Positions 16,717 to 29,832 of a stretch of DNA of 64,000 nucleotides are shown piece by piece. The notes under the pieces are model-generated. The model was not told where the DNA came from. It searched no databases and saw only the letters and a list, made by a program, of their open reading frames with translations. This DNA is from Eledone cirrhosa (lineage: Eukaryota), in contig OZ024762.1 in NCBI GenBank assembly GCA_964016885.1, forward strand, positions 13,330,001-13,394,000, read 5' to 3'. Positions within the stretch are counted from its first letter, which is position 1, and each line of letters starts with the position of its first letter. Made by a program: the position numbers and the translations under genes.

Positions 16717-17145
16717 ATTCAATTGATATTAGATAAATGGAAACTATATTTATAAAACCATATCTATTCTATTATATATATTTCAAGGGTACCAAAACTG
16801 TTGGTACGCTATCATCAGATAAAATACAAAATGTTTTATAAATATTTGACATTACCAAGGTTGATATACCTTAACGGTTCCAAGGATAACTTGAACCATT
16901 AAGGTATATCATCCTTGGTAATGTCAAATATTTATAAAACATTTTGTATTTTATCTGATGATAGCGTACCAAAAGTTTTGGTAACCTTGAAATATATATA
17001 ATAGAATAGATATGGTTTCATAAATATAGTTTCCACTTATTTAATATCAATTGAATACTTACTCCAGAAATCTGTGTTGAGTGCTTTGAATCAGTTGTAA
17101 ACATCTATATTTGTTGGATTTCCAACAAATTAAATATCTCTTATA
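16717..17145. mobile_element. Foldback element (arms 16717-17056) with an HHR on each arm
   Basis: Inverted repeat; + core CTGATGA 16955-16961, GAAA 16989-16992, stem III ATATATAT; same family as 44921-45438. Confidence 0.85.
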
Positions 17146-17153
17146 CATACATG

Positions 17154-17235
<82 letters not shown>

Positions 17236-17778
17236 GATATTGAAAAAGTGGAGAATACCATGGTCAACAGTAAAAAAGGGTTCAGCAATTTTTAGACAAC
17301 TTAATCAGTGAAACAATTGTCAGACTGTAAATAAAACCCTTTTTTGTACTGTTGACCATGTTCACTTTTTCAATATTATTATTCCAAGATAAACATACAT
17401 AGGAATACAAGTGAAATCATAAACTCGCCACCTACCTGAACCTCTTGTTGAGTCAAACAATGCCGTACGATAAAACTATCCATAATAAGGAGTATTCACA
17501 ACCTCTAACTGGATTACCTATAACGATATTTTGTTATCCCTTATATATATATGATATATATATACGATATATGTATATATATATACATATATACATATAT
17601 ATATATAAATGTATAAATTATAAGAAACTAAACGAACTCTGTGGTTAATGTAAACAAAGTTTAAGATGGTAGTATGGACGAAACAAGAAAAGAAAAGAAA
17701 TCCTTCATCAGCTGCAAAAACCGAGATCAACATGTTTCGGCGCTTAATACAGGACATCTAAAAGAGATCAGAGGCGCG

Positions 17779-17817
<39 letters not shown>

Positions 17818-17945
17818 GTTCAGCCCTCCAGTTTTAATCACTTGACAAGGAATCTACCCCCTGGGTGGGATAATTGTGAAGTTTCCTTATTTTAAAGTAC
17901 TTTACAGCGATCTTCCATTTGGTTAGTTTGCGTAAGATATTTCTA

Positions 17946-18003
<58 letters not shown>

Positions 18004-18107
18004 AATTAATATCTAGTAACATATATATACATTTCAGAAACTAATTAGTTGGAAGTGATATTTTAGTAAGTTAATTTTATAATTTTCTTATTTTACGTCT
18101 CTCATAT

Positions 18108-18153
<46 letters not shown>

Positions 18154-18313
18154 ACATGTGTGTATAAATATGATCAAAGAACTAGAGCAGTCATTATAGA
18201 TATCATCGTCGAAACCGACGAAGGATTTATTTGCTTTTGTACTTACTGTATAATTCACAGAATCCATAATTTACTATATATATATATATATACATATATA
18301 CATATATATATAT

Positions 18314-18345
<32 letters not shown>

Positions 18346-18379
18346 TTATATATAGAGATATCTATATCTATATACACAT

Positions 18380-18411
<32 letters not shown>

Positions 18412-18433
18412 GTGCATATATCATATATATATG

Positions 18434-18479
<46 letters not shown>

Positions 18480-19157
18480 CATATATATATGATATATGTG
18501 TGTGTATACATATACTTACGTAAACACATAAACACATATATATACACACACACATATATATATATATATACATATATACATACACATATACATAGAAACA
18601 CATATATACCAAAATATGAATATACAGCTTTCTTCACATGCCTATATACATACATGACATGTAATATATACTTATGAACGAGTGTATATAGGCTGCGACA
18701 CAATAGATTAGTGTGTCGAACGCGACAGGGCTTGAAATAAGCCGCAGTATAGCACTTAGAATAATGGAAAAGGTAGCAGCCTGTTTGTTCATTGTCATCA
18801 AATCAGCCAGGCGGATCAGCTCGGATGACCGACTGCTTGTGCTCGATCTCACTACTGTCGTGTTATCTATATATATGCTGAATATCTATATATATGGATG
18901 TATATATATATATATATATGGATGTATATATATATATATGGATGTATATATATATATATGGATGTATATATATATATATATATGGATGTATATATATGGA
19001 TGTATATATATATATATATGGATGTATATATATATATATGGATGTATATATATATGTATATATATATATATATGGATGTATATATATATGGATGTATATA
19101 TATATATATATATATGGATGTATATATATGGATGTATATATATATATATATATATAG

Positions 19158-19188
<31 letters not shown>

Positions 19189-19468
19189 GGATGTATATAT
19201 ATATATATATATGGATGTATATATATATATATATATATATGGATATATATATATATATATATATGGATATATATATATATATATATATGGATATATATAT
19301 ATATATATATATGGATATATATATATATATATATGGATATATATATATGGATATATATATATATGGATATATATATATATATGGATATATATATATATAT
19401 ATGGATATATATATATATATATATGGATATATATATATATATGGATATATATATATATATATATATAT

Positions 19469-19507
<39 letters not shown>

Positions 19508-19528
19508 TATCTATATATATATATATAT

Positions 19529-19609
<81 letters not shown>

Positions 19610-19668
19610 GGATATACACATATACACACACACAAATTTGCACTCATATATGAATATTTGTGTGTATG

Positions 19669-19729
<61 letters not shown>

Positions 19730-19863
19730 CCCTATCTCTACCATGTATATACACTCATGTATGTAAGTGCAAAGTAAGAGAAAGGGGGAGATAGGGGAGA
19801 GTAGGGAATACATAATTCTGATATGCATGATGTAAATATATTAATTTCTTACTACGCAATATA

Positions 19864-19994
<131 letters not shown>

Positions 19995-20071
19995 ACATAC
20001 ACGCACATATATATATACATATCCATTCATACATATACGCACATATATATATATATATAAAGACATACATG

Positions 20072-20102
<31 letters not shown>

Positions 20103-20145
20103 TCATACATATACGCACATATATATATATAAAAAGACATACATT

Positions 20146-20177
<32 letters not shown>

Positions 20178-20292
20178 AAGGCATACACGCCATGCCCTTA
20201 CCGCCACCGCGTACTTATGTATATATAATGAGAAGGAACTATACACACACACACACACACATATTTATATATATATATATATGCACATACAC

Positions 20293-20341
<49 letters not shown>

Positions 20342-20639
20342 TACACACTCACATATGCGTGTGAATGTATGTGTATATATATTATATATAATTATACATG
20401 ACAGCATTTCTGTATGCACAACTTATTATTACACACATACACTGACTTACACACACACACACAGACACACAGACACGCACACACACACACACACTTATAC
20501 TGACGGCATTATGACACCATTGCAGTTACTTGCAATGGTGTAACTGCAGTGCATTACAGCTGCAGCCAGTCAATATATTGCACATATACACCAGCAGCCA
20601 ACTGCACCAACTTGTCAGGTCTGCAATAGAGAGAGAGAG

Positions 20640-21580
20640 AGAGAGAGAGAGACATGTAGTGTGCTACATGGTAGAGAGAGAGGGACGTAGTGTGCTACAT
20701 GGTAGAGAGAGGGATGTAGTGTGCTACATGGTAGAGAGAGGGACGTAGTGTGCTACATGGTAATATATATATAGAGAGAGAGACATGTAGTGTGCTACAT
20801 GGTAAGGAGAGGGATGTAGTGTGCTACATGGTATTATATATAGAGAGACATGTAGTGTGCTACATGGTAATATATATAGAGAGACATGTAGTGTGCTACA
20901 TGGTAATATATATAGAGAGACATGTAATGTGCTACATGGTAGAGAGAGTGATGAAGTGTGCTACATGGTAATATATATATGAGAGAGACATGTATAGTGC
21001 TACATGGCAGAGAGAGAGAGTGAGAGATGTATAGTGCTACATGATAATATATAGAGTGATGTATAGTGCTACATGATATATATATAGAGAGAGAGGGACA
21101 TGGCTAGTGCTACATGGTATATATAGAGAGCCATGTATAGTGCTACATGGAAGAGAGAGAGAGAGAGAGATGTATAGTGCTACATGGAAGAGAGAGAGAG
21201 ATGTATAGTGCTACATGGTTATATATAGAGTGATGTATAGTGCTACATGATATATAGAGAGGGACATATATAGTGCTACATGGTAGAGAGAGAGAGAGCT
21301 TTATAGTGCTACATGGTAATATATAGAGTGATGTATAGTGCTACATGATATATATAGAGAGACATGGCTAGTGCTACATGGAATATATAGAGATATGTAT
21401 AGTGCTACATGGTAGAGAGAGATGTATAGTACTACATGGTAATATATAGAGACGTACAGTGCTACATGATAGAGTGAAATGTATAGTGCTACATGGTATA
21501 GAGAGATTTGCATTGCTATATGATATATAGAGACATGTAGAGTGCTACATGATAGAGAGAGATGTATAGTGCTACATGGT
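20640..21580. repeat. Minisatellite with core TGCTACATGG and variable (GA)n/(TA)n linkers
   Basis: About 30 units of roughly 25-35 bp. Confidence 0.9.
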
Positions 21581-23610
21581 AAAAACATTTGTAGACACCA
21601 CTGAGGAAGGGGCAGCAGGATTGAGAAGAGGTGTAGTGGGAGTAGATGATGTGAGGAGGGTGGAGATCTGGAGGAGGAGGAGGTGAGAGGAGGAAGTGAG
21701 AGGAGATGATGAATGGAAGGTGTTGTAGGAGATTTAGAAGGGGAGGGAGGGGTGGGTGGGAGGAGGAGGTGTAGGGGGAGAAGATGATGAAAGGAAGATG
21801 GAGGAGGGAAGAGGAGGGAGAGGAAGAGTGTGTCGTCTGCTCCAGTCAGTTGTAAGTCTTACATCTTACACCTAATGACCTTGGTGGTATGTGTCGGTGG
21901 TATGGTGGTGGTGGTGGTGGTAGTGGTGGTATGTGTCGGTGGTATGGTGGTGGTGGTGGTAGTGGTGGTATGGTGGTGGTGGTGTTGATGGTAGTGGTGG
22001 TATGGTGGTGGTATGGTGGTAGTGGTGGTATGGTGGTGGTAGTGGTGGTGTCGTTGGTGGTAATGGTGGTGGTATGGTGGTAGTGGGGGTAGTGGTGGTA
22101 GTGGTGGTAATGGTGGTAGTGGTAGTGGTGGTAGTGGTGGTATCGGTGGTGGTAATGGTTGTGGTGATGGTATTGTGGTAGTGGTGGTGTCGGTGGTGGT
22201 GGTGGTATGGTGTATGTGGTGGTGGTATATATGGTGGTGGTATGGTAGTGGTGGTAGTGTAGTATGGTGTATGTGGTGTAGTATGGTGGTGTATGTGGTG
22301 GTGTAGGTGATAGTAAGCTGTGCTATATCAATGATATTCCTTACAATAACAAGTTACTCCTAATCTTGTATTTCATCCAGTTAACATCTACACACCGTCA
22401 CTATCTAACGACGATGATAACGGTGATAACGGTGATGAAGACGATAACGACGATGATAACGATAACAACGATAACGACGATGAAGACGATAACGACGATG
22501 ATAACGACGATGAAGACGATAACAACGATAACGACGATGAAGACGATAACAACGATAACGACGATGAAGACGATAACGACGATGATAACGACGATGAAGA
22601 CGATAACAACGATAACGACGATGAAGACGATAACAACGATAACGACGATGATAACGACGATAACGACGATGAAGACGATAACAACGATAACGACGATGAA
22701 GACGATAACGACGATGAAGGCGATAACAACGATAACGACGATTAAGACGATAACGATGATGATAACGACGATAACGACGATGAAGACGATAACAACGGTA
22801 ACAACGATGACGAGGATAACGACGATAACGACGATGACGACGATAACGACGATGATAACGACGATAACGGCGATAACGACGACAATAACGAAGATGATAA
22901 TGATGAAGAAAGTTAAAGAAAAGAAAGCAAGAAGGAAAAGATGAAGCCGCCATTAAAGAGCGAACAACTGTCAGCCATCTTCCGACTTTAGCTTGGTCAT
23001 GTGACAGAGAAAGGCAAGCAGAGTCACGTGTGTTGTCCTCGTAAGATGGCCAATCACTGAGGTGACAGTTAAGAGGCGAGAGGTCAAGTGGATTGGGGCA
23101 AATATTTAGTGGCACATCACCTCTGGAGACTGATGTAGAGGTGGGGGTGGGGAGAGGAAGAGGATGGAGGTGGGAAGGGGGGAATGGAGGAGAGAGGGTG
23201 GAGGGAAGGAGACCTGTAAGTGATGGAGATGATAGAGAGGAGAGGGAAGTTGATAGAGAGAAAAGGAAAGGGAGATGACCGGATGGAAATGTAAAGAGAA
23301 AAGGAGAGCGGGAGAGAGAGATAGGTGGAGGGGGAAGTAGAGAGAGATGAGGAAGAGAGAGGGTGGAAGGGAGAGGTGAGAGAGGTGGAAGGGAGATGAG
23401 AGAGGAAAGGAGTGAGTAGGAAGAATTGGTGAGGGCGTAGAGGGATTGGTGGAGGTGTGGAGGGGGTCGGGGAGAGAGATTAATTTGACACTTGAGGTTA
23501 ATAGATTCAATATGAGACAGGCTTTCATTCGTTTCGTGAATTCAGTTGGTGTTGTTATTGTTGTTGTTTGTATATCATGCTGATTGTATATATATATATA
23601 TATATATATA

Positions 23611-24011
23611 CTAGCAGGTGTACCCGGCGTTGCTCGGGAAATGAATGACAGCCTGAATTGTTCACGGTCGTTTATGGCTTAGCTAGCAATTTCTGAGTGC
23701 ATGTCAGCTTATGGGCTAGCCAATGAAAGATCACCTCAATAGCACGTGCCAAGTCCTTCTAGTACTTCAAAAGTTAAAAGGAGACTAGTATTTGTACACA
23801 GACAGATACACACACAAAATCGATATTTCGGCCATAACATCGATTTTTTTTTCAAATTTGTTTTTGTCCAAAACCTGCTCTGGCATATAAGCAACATGTG
23901 TGCCAAATTTGGTTGAAATCGGCCTAGTACTTAAAAAGTTAGAAGGAGCCTAGTATTTGTACACAGACAGACAGACAGACACACAGACCGACTTGCTTTT
24001 ATATATATAGA
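23611..24011 (-). mobile_element. Non-autonomous Helitron
   Basis: On - strand: 5' TC terminus, subterminal hairpin CCCGAGCAACGCCGGG, 3' CTAG terminus, inserted between A and T; internal (CAGA)n. Confidence 0.75.
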
Positions 24012-24014
24012 TAT

Positions 24015-24192
24015 ATATAAATTTCGTATTTCTAAAGAAACAAGGTATGATTACAGGTAAACATTTAGAGAGCCGTAGCTATGCAACAAAAAAAACATGG
24101 ATAACGCCCTCTAGTGGTGTCCAGCAGAAGCAAGGGGGACAATCGTTGATGCATTTCAGACTTAACTGGTCCTCATCAAGACGACCCCACCC

Positions 24193-24223
<31 letters not shown>

Positions 24224-24512
24224 AATTGAGCCAACTTATATAGCTTCATATACAAATGAGATTAATCAGCTCATGTACACAGACAAGAAAACCGTATATT
24301 CTCGCCTGTTTTCAAAGTCCAGGAGTTGTAAGAGTGGGTGGGATCGTCCTGACGAGAATCAGTTCAGTTCGAAATGCACATCGACGATTGTCCCCCTTGC
24401 TTCTGCTGGACACCACCAGGTGGCGATAGCCGCCGGTGTTTTTGCATAGTTACGGCTTTCTAAATGTTTATTTATAAACATACCGTATTTCTTTAGAAAT
24501 ACAAAATTCTAT
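24015..24512. mobile_element. Diverged foldback element with an HHR and a CTCF-consensus motif on each arm
   Basis: Arms ~24015-24193 and ~24335-24512 are reverse complements; HHRs at 24343-24388 (+) and ~24142-24186 (-). Confidence 0.8.
24343..24388 (+). ncRNA. Canonical-core type I hammerhead motif
   Basis: ATCGTC-CTGACGA-GAAT(CAGTTCA)GTTC-GAAA-TGCACA-TC|GACGAT: perfect 6-bp stem I, AUC cleavage triplet. Confidence 0.85.
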
Positions 24513-24558
<46 letters not shown>

Positions 24559-24822
24559 CGTAATAAGGAGATGAAGGTGTGGAAGAGGAGGGAGAGACAA
24601 ACTAAAGAGAGGTGAGGGGAGAGAAAGGAGAGTGGAGAATATATACAATTAAAAGGATGCATAATAAAATACATGGAACTTTTCTACCCATCTTTTAATT
24701 TCTTCTTATATATATATATATATATATATTAATAAAAGGAATTCCAACTTTGTCTGATTAACTCGTTTTATTAATATAATCTTCTATACACAATCATACA
24801 CACCCGTGTATATTTATTTACA

Positions 24823-24911
<89 letters not shown>

Positions 24912-24958
24912 GCGGTAACTATCGGCACAGCCGAGTTTCGGTAGATCCTCTACTTGCA

Positions 24959-25109
<151 letters not shown>

Positions 25110-25355
25110 GGCGGTGTCTATTGTTCTCTGTCAACCCATGTTACTAAGTATAGCATAGTTTTCTCTATACAATGAACTACACCTGGTTGAGGGCCGTGTA
25201 TATATATATATACATGAATATATATATATATACATGAATGTATATATATATATATATATATACATATATATAGATACATATACACATGTATGTGTATAAA
25301 CACACAAATATATACATGTATATATAACTAGTATGTGGATACATACACATTTGTA

Positions 25356-25409
<54 letters not shown>

Positions 25410-25729
25410 TGTGTGTGTACACATATATGTATGTATATATGGAATGTATCGCCCTCGGCTCCGATGACCAGTGTTCCAGTTATTCAATCAATGACACAGT
25501 CTCCCCGTGACTGAGCATTCTACAGACACGTGTACCTCTAATGTAATTCGCAGTTTATTTGAAGAAAACCAAATGTGTCACGTCTTAGTTTTGATAATAT
25601 AAAAATAGATAAGGTTCAAGGGAGATAATAACCAAGGAAGATAACTTTTGAAAGGGAAGTAATATTAAGGGGAAGTAAGTTTAAAGAATTATTTCCAGAG
25701 TTTACTCCCTTTGTTTCAGTAATGATTTT

Positions 25730-25880
25730 TTCTATTTTTGGAACAGGGCAGGCAATTATCACAGTACATCACTGGTTCTGTATTTTATCGACCCCGCATT
25801 GATTTGAACCCAGAGCGTAAAGGGGCGTAACTCAATGCTGCAAAGCATGACGTCCGACCCTCTACCGATACTGCCAAATA
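25730..25880 (-). mobile_element. tRNA-derived SINE, family B (partial)
   Basis: Reverse complement of the family B motifs GGTTCAAATC and GGGGTCGATAAAATA. Confidence 0.6.
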
Positions 25881-25892
25881 ATTTAGGTTTGC

Positions 25893-26085
25893 TAAGCCTT
25901 GATCTGGAACCCGAAGGGTAAGAGGAAGAGGGGGCGCCCCTGCGGCTGCTGGAGGTGTAACACTGAGGCTGAATTAAGAAAGCCCGAAGCCAAATGGAGT
26001 GGTGGGGAGTGACGAGAATAGCCCAGGGTCGTGTACAATGGCGGAGCGTCGTAAATGGTCTCTGCTCCACAGAGACACTGAATGA
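25893..26085 (+). mobile_element. RTE-clade LINE 3' fragment
   Basis: Translates ALIWNPKGKRKRGRP..W and AQGRVQWRSVVNGLCST, typical of RTE ORF C-termini. Confidence 0.7.
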
Positions 26086-26204
26086 ACGAAGGTCTTAGCG
26101 AGCCAGGTGGAACTCGTCAAATAGGACCAAGGAAACAATGTGTCCATTGGTCTTTCCGTTTGCTAATACGATCTACCTATCGCGAATCCTGGCAGAAAAA
26201 GGGA

Positions 26205-26912
26205 AACGTGAAATAAAGTGTCTTGCTGAAGGACACAGTGGATCGGAAGAACGTGAAATAAAGTGTCTTGCTGAAGGACACAGTGGACTGGAACAACGTA
26301 AAATAAAGTGTCTTGCTGAAGGACACAGTGGACTGGAACAACGTGAAATAAAGTGTCTTGCTGAAGGACACAGTGGACTGGAACAACGTGAAATAAAGTG
26401 TTTTGCTGAAGGACACAGTGGATCGGAAGAACGTGAAATAAAGTGTCTTGCTGAAGGACACAGTGGACTGGAACAACGTGAAATAAAGTGTCTTGCTGAA
26501 GGACACAGTGGACTGGAACAACGTGAAATAAAGTGTCTTGCTGAAGGACACAGTGGACTGGAACAACGTGAAATAAAGTGTCTTGCTGAAGGACACAGTG
26601 GATCGGAAGAACGTGAAATAAAGTGTCTTGCTGAAGGACACAGTGGACTGGAACAACGTGAAATAAAGTGTCTTGCTGAAGGACACAGTGGACTGGAACA
26701 ACGTGAAATAAAGTGTCTTGCTGAAGGACACAGTGGACTGGAACAACGTGAAATAAAGTGTCTTGCTGAAGGACACAGTGGATCGGAAGAACGTGAAATA
26801 AAGTGTCTTGCTGAAGGACACAGTGGATTGGAAGAACGTGAAATAAAGGGTCTTGCTGAAGGACACAGTGGACTGGAACAGCGTGAAATAAAGTGTCTTG
26901 CTCAAGGACACA
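26205..26912. repeat. 45-bp tandem repeat (~16 copies) derived from the SINE family A core
   Basis: Unit AACGTGAAATAAAGTGTCTTGCTGAAGGACACAGTGGACTGGAAC matches the SINE at 28452-28497. Confidence 0.92.
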
Positions 26913-26980
26913 CTGGTAGTATTCCAATACTGGAATTGAATAATCAAGACCGTAGCGGTATGTCATATATCAAATCATAT

Positions 26981-27180
26981 ATTTTATCTGATGAGGACGT
27001 ACTTAAACACCATAGTACCTTTGAAATATGTATAATAAAGTATATATTTTGATTATGAGAATATTTTTCATTTGTTAACATTTTGAATAATAATAAAAAC
27101 TCCAGGAAAACCCCTTGTTGAGTGCTTCTAATCTATTGTAAAATTGTATTCGTTGAGTAATCAACGAACCATACTAATCT
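26981..27180 (+). mobile_element. Single-arm HHR element of the ATTTTAT family
   Basis: ATTTTAT-CTGATGA (26988-26994)...GAAA (27023-27026)-TATGTA-TA|ATAAAG, then the family tail CTCCAG..GTTGAGTGCT. Confidence 0.7.
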
Positions 27181-27312
27181 TTGGTCATACAGACACACAC
27201 ACACACACATATTAATATATATATATATATATATATATCCGACTGAGAAAATAAGAGTACTCAATACCGAAGTAGAGTTTTAATAATCATTTTTTTAAGG
27301 CTAAATAGTGAG

Positions 27313-27362
27313 TCTTGTTACTCCAGAGTTTCGTCTGTTTATCACAGGGTTATCAGACAAGA
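27313..27362 (-). ncRNA. Hammerhead motif with G8>A change (probably inactive)
   Basis: TCTTGT-CTGATAA-...-GAAA-CTCTGGAG-TA|ACAAGA: stem I 6 bp, stem III ACTC/GAGT. Confidence 0.6.
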
Positions 27363-27665
27363 AGTAGCACAAATATATATATACATACACATATATATAT
27401 ATATACACAAATATATATACACACAAATATATATATATATATATATATATACAAATATATATATATATATATATTTCGTTGACAAATATATCAATATGCT
27501 CAGACATGCAGATATATTGCCCTTGATATTTATGACATTATGTGCATCATGTATTCTGTCTTTTTCCATATAACGCTGGCCTCGGGACCCCCTGCTGGTC
27601 CTTTAACCTTGTTCTGGTGACGCAGCTCGATGGAGCATGCAACTACTGATATACTCTTGTTTATA

Positions 27666-27712
27666 GGCTCTGATGATTCCTGCCATGGTGTATGGATGAA
27701 ACACTGTTAGCT
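27666..27712 (+). ncRNA. Hammerhead motif with U-U at the base of stem II
   Basis: GGCT-CTGATGA-TTCC..GGAT-GAAA-CACTG-TT|AGCT; related to 50237-50285. Confidence 0.6.
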
Positions 27713-27878
27713 AATAAAACAATGTATTTCTAAGCACTCTTTGGTTATTCCTATAACTATATATATATATATATATATACATACACAAATATATATGCAT
27801 AGACAAATAAATATATATACAAATATATTTGTGCTTTCATTGTGTAAGCATTATGTTACACAAATTTATATATATATA

Positions 27879-28012
27879 TGGCTTAGTGGTTAGAGCATTG
27901 GCCTGGCAATCGAAAGGTTGTGAGTTCAATTCTCAAACCGGGTGATGTCTTGTTTTCTTGAGCAAGACACTTTATATCACATTGCTCCAGTTTACTCAGC
28001 TGTAGAAATGAG
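27879..28012 (+). mobile_element. tRNA-derived SINE family A, 5' part (CORE-like domain)
   Basis: Box A TGGCTTAGTGG, box B GAGTTCAATTC, then CTTGAGCAAGACACTTT. Confidence 0.8.
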
Positions 28013-28039
28013 ATGATAGGGACTGGGGTCCCTATCATT

Positions 28040-28213
28040 CCACTGCAAAGTGGTCGTGGAGGTGCCACGGCAAAAAAGCACCCAGCACTCACTGTAAATG
28101 AGGTTGGTGTTAGGAAGGGCATCCAGCTGTAGAAATCAAGCCAGCATCAGTTCTCGTCCCACCCTTGCAAGCAGGGAAAAAGCGGACGTAAAATGAAATG
28201 ATGATGATGATGA
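28040..28213 (+). mobile_element. SINE 3' part carrying an RTE-derived tail
   Basis: Ends CCACCCTTGCAAGCAGGGAAAAAGCGGACGTAAAATGA..(TGA)n, like the RTE copies ending at 35787 and 43170. Confidence 0.7.
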
Positions 28214-28232
28214 TACACAGATATATATATGT

Positions 28233-28570
28233 AAGAAGAAGACCCCCTTCGGTCATGAATGACCATGTGATTTGCACCTAGAAAGTTTCCCTCCGAGGCA
28301 CAAGTCTGGGTAAGGTTGTTTTGAGGAAGACCAGCAGTCGCCCATACATACGAGTCTTCCCTCTCCACGCCACTGATGAGGTCCAAGGGAAAGGCAATGG
28401 CCAATATAACATGGCACCAGTGACGTCGCAACTCATTTCGACAGATGAGTAAACTGGAGCAACGTGAAATAAAGTGTCTTGCTCAAGGAAACAACACATC
28501 ACCCGGTCCGAGAGTTGAACTCACAACCTTTTAATTGCAACTCCAATGCTCTAAGCCATGCGCCTTCACT
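28233..28570 (-). mobile_element. tRNA-derived SINE family A, near full length
   Basis: Box A and B, CORE-like domain, and 3' GGTCATTCATGACC shared with 55790-56130. Confidence 0.85.
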
Positions 28571-28587
28571 ATATATTTATATATGAA

Positions 28588-28618
<31 letters not shown>

Positions 28619-28666
28619 ATATATATGTATATATACACACACAGATATATGTATATATATACACAG

Positions 28667-28717
<51 letters not shown>

Positions 28718-28722
28718 CACAG

Positions 28723-28763
<41 letters not shown>

Positions 28764-28774
28764 TATATACACAG

Positions 28775-28817
<43 letters not shown>

Positions 28818-28824
28818 ACATAAT

Positions 28825-29200
28825 ATATAAGAACCACAGATAGTTAAAAGAGTTCCATGTATTTTATTATGCGCATTTCCAAAACAAATATCATCATTGG
28901 ATGATATTTGCGTTCTCATCAGATAAAATAGGGAGACATGATATGAGCTTAAAAAACACTTGCGAGCAGTGATATGTAGATTTAACACTTCACTGCTAGC
29001 AAGTGCTTTTTAATCTGCATATCATGTCTCCCTATTTTATCTGATGAGAACGCAAATATCATCCCATAATAAAATACATGGAACTCTTTTAACCATCTTT
29101 TGATCTTATATTATTTATACTCCAGTCCTACAAACTGTAGAGTGCTACTTATCTGATATTTGCATTGCTTTATTGTGCTACAATAAAACTCACCTCCTAC
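28825..29200. mobile_element. Foldback element (arms 28825-29112); - HHR largely intact, + HHR has lost GAAA by deletion
   Basis: - strand: TATTTTAT-CTGATGA-long stem II-GAAA-TGCGCA-TA|ATAAAATA. Confidence 0.8.
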
Positions 29201-29295
29201 ATATATATATATATATATACATATATACATATATATATACACACACACTCACACAGATATATATATATACACAGATATATATATATATACACACA

Positions 29296-29377
<82 letters not shown>

Positions 29378-29381
29378 TATA

Positions 29382-29463
<82 letters not shown>

Positions 29464-29502
29464 TATATGAATATATATATATATATATATACAGATATAT
29501 GA

Positions 29503-29535
<33 letters not shown>

Positions 29536-29705
29536 TATATGTGTATATATATATACACAGATATATGTGTATCTATCTATCTAAGGCGGGTAAAATTCCC
29601 GAGATCCATGGACGAGTTCTCTCCAGCGGTCTCTGTCCCTCATTATCGCTGCCATATCCTGCATCTCCAACAGACCAGTGTCTGTCCTTAGGGCATCAAC
29701 ATATA

Positions 29706-29737
<32 letters not shown>

Positions 29738-29743
29738 CACAGA

Positions 29744-29832
<89 letters not shown>

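Noticed and set aside
17235-17380. GAAA plus palindrome remnants (GAAACAATTGTC at ~17310, ~51360 and ~60440 on -; GAAACATGTT at ~17730 on -; GAAACGATCGTA at ~53820 on -)
   Set aside because: Probably decayed HHR halves, but the CUGANGA strand is missing, so they are not called as ribozymes
20640-21580. CRISPR-like repeat/spacer appearance (also the 45-bp array at 26205 and the 44-bp array at 38885)
   Set aside because: Eukaryotic context, no unique spacers and no cas genes; these are tandem repeats
22366-22944. Thr/Met-rich or Asp-rich ORF
   Set aside because: Compound (ACG/ATA/ATG) trinucleotide repeat with no splice or homology support
26138-27052. 304-aa repeat protein (REIKCLAEGHSGLEQ)n and two antisense ORFs
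   Set aside because: The unit is a SINE core fragment and the open frames follow from a stop-free 45-bp unit; no gene context
27879-27955. tRNA gene (also 47840-47900)
   Set aside because: Box A and B are present but run directly into a SINE body; no clean cloverleaf
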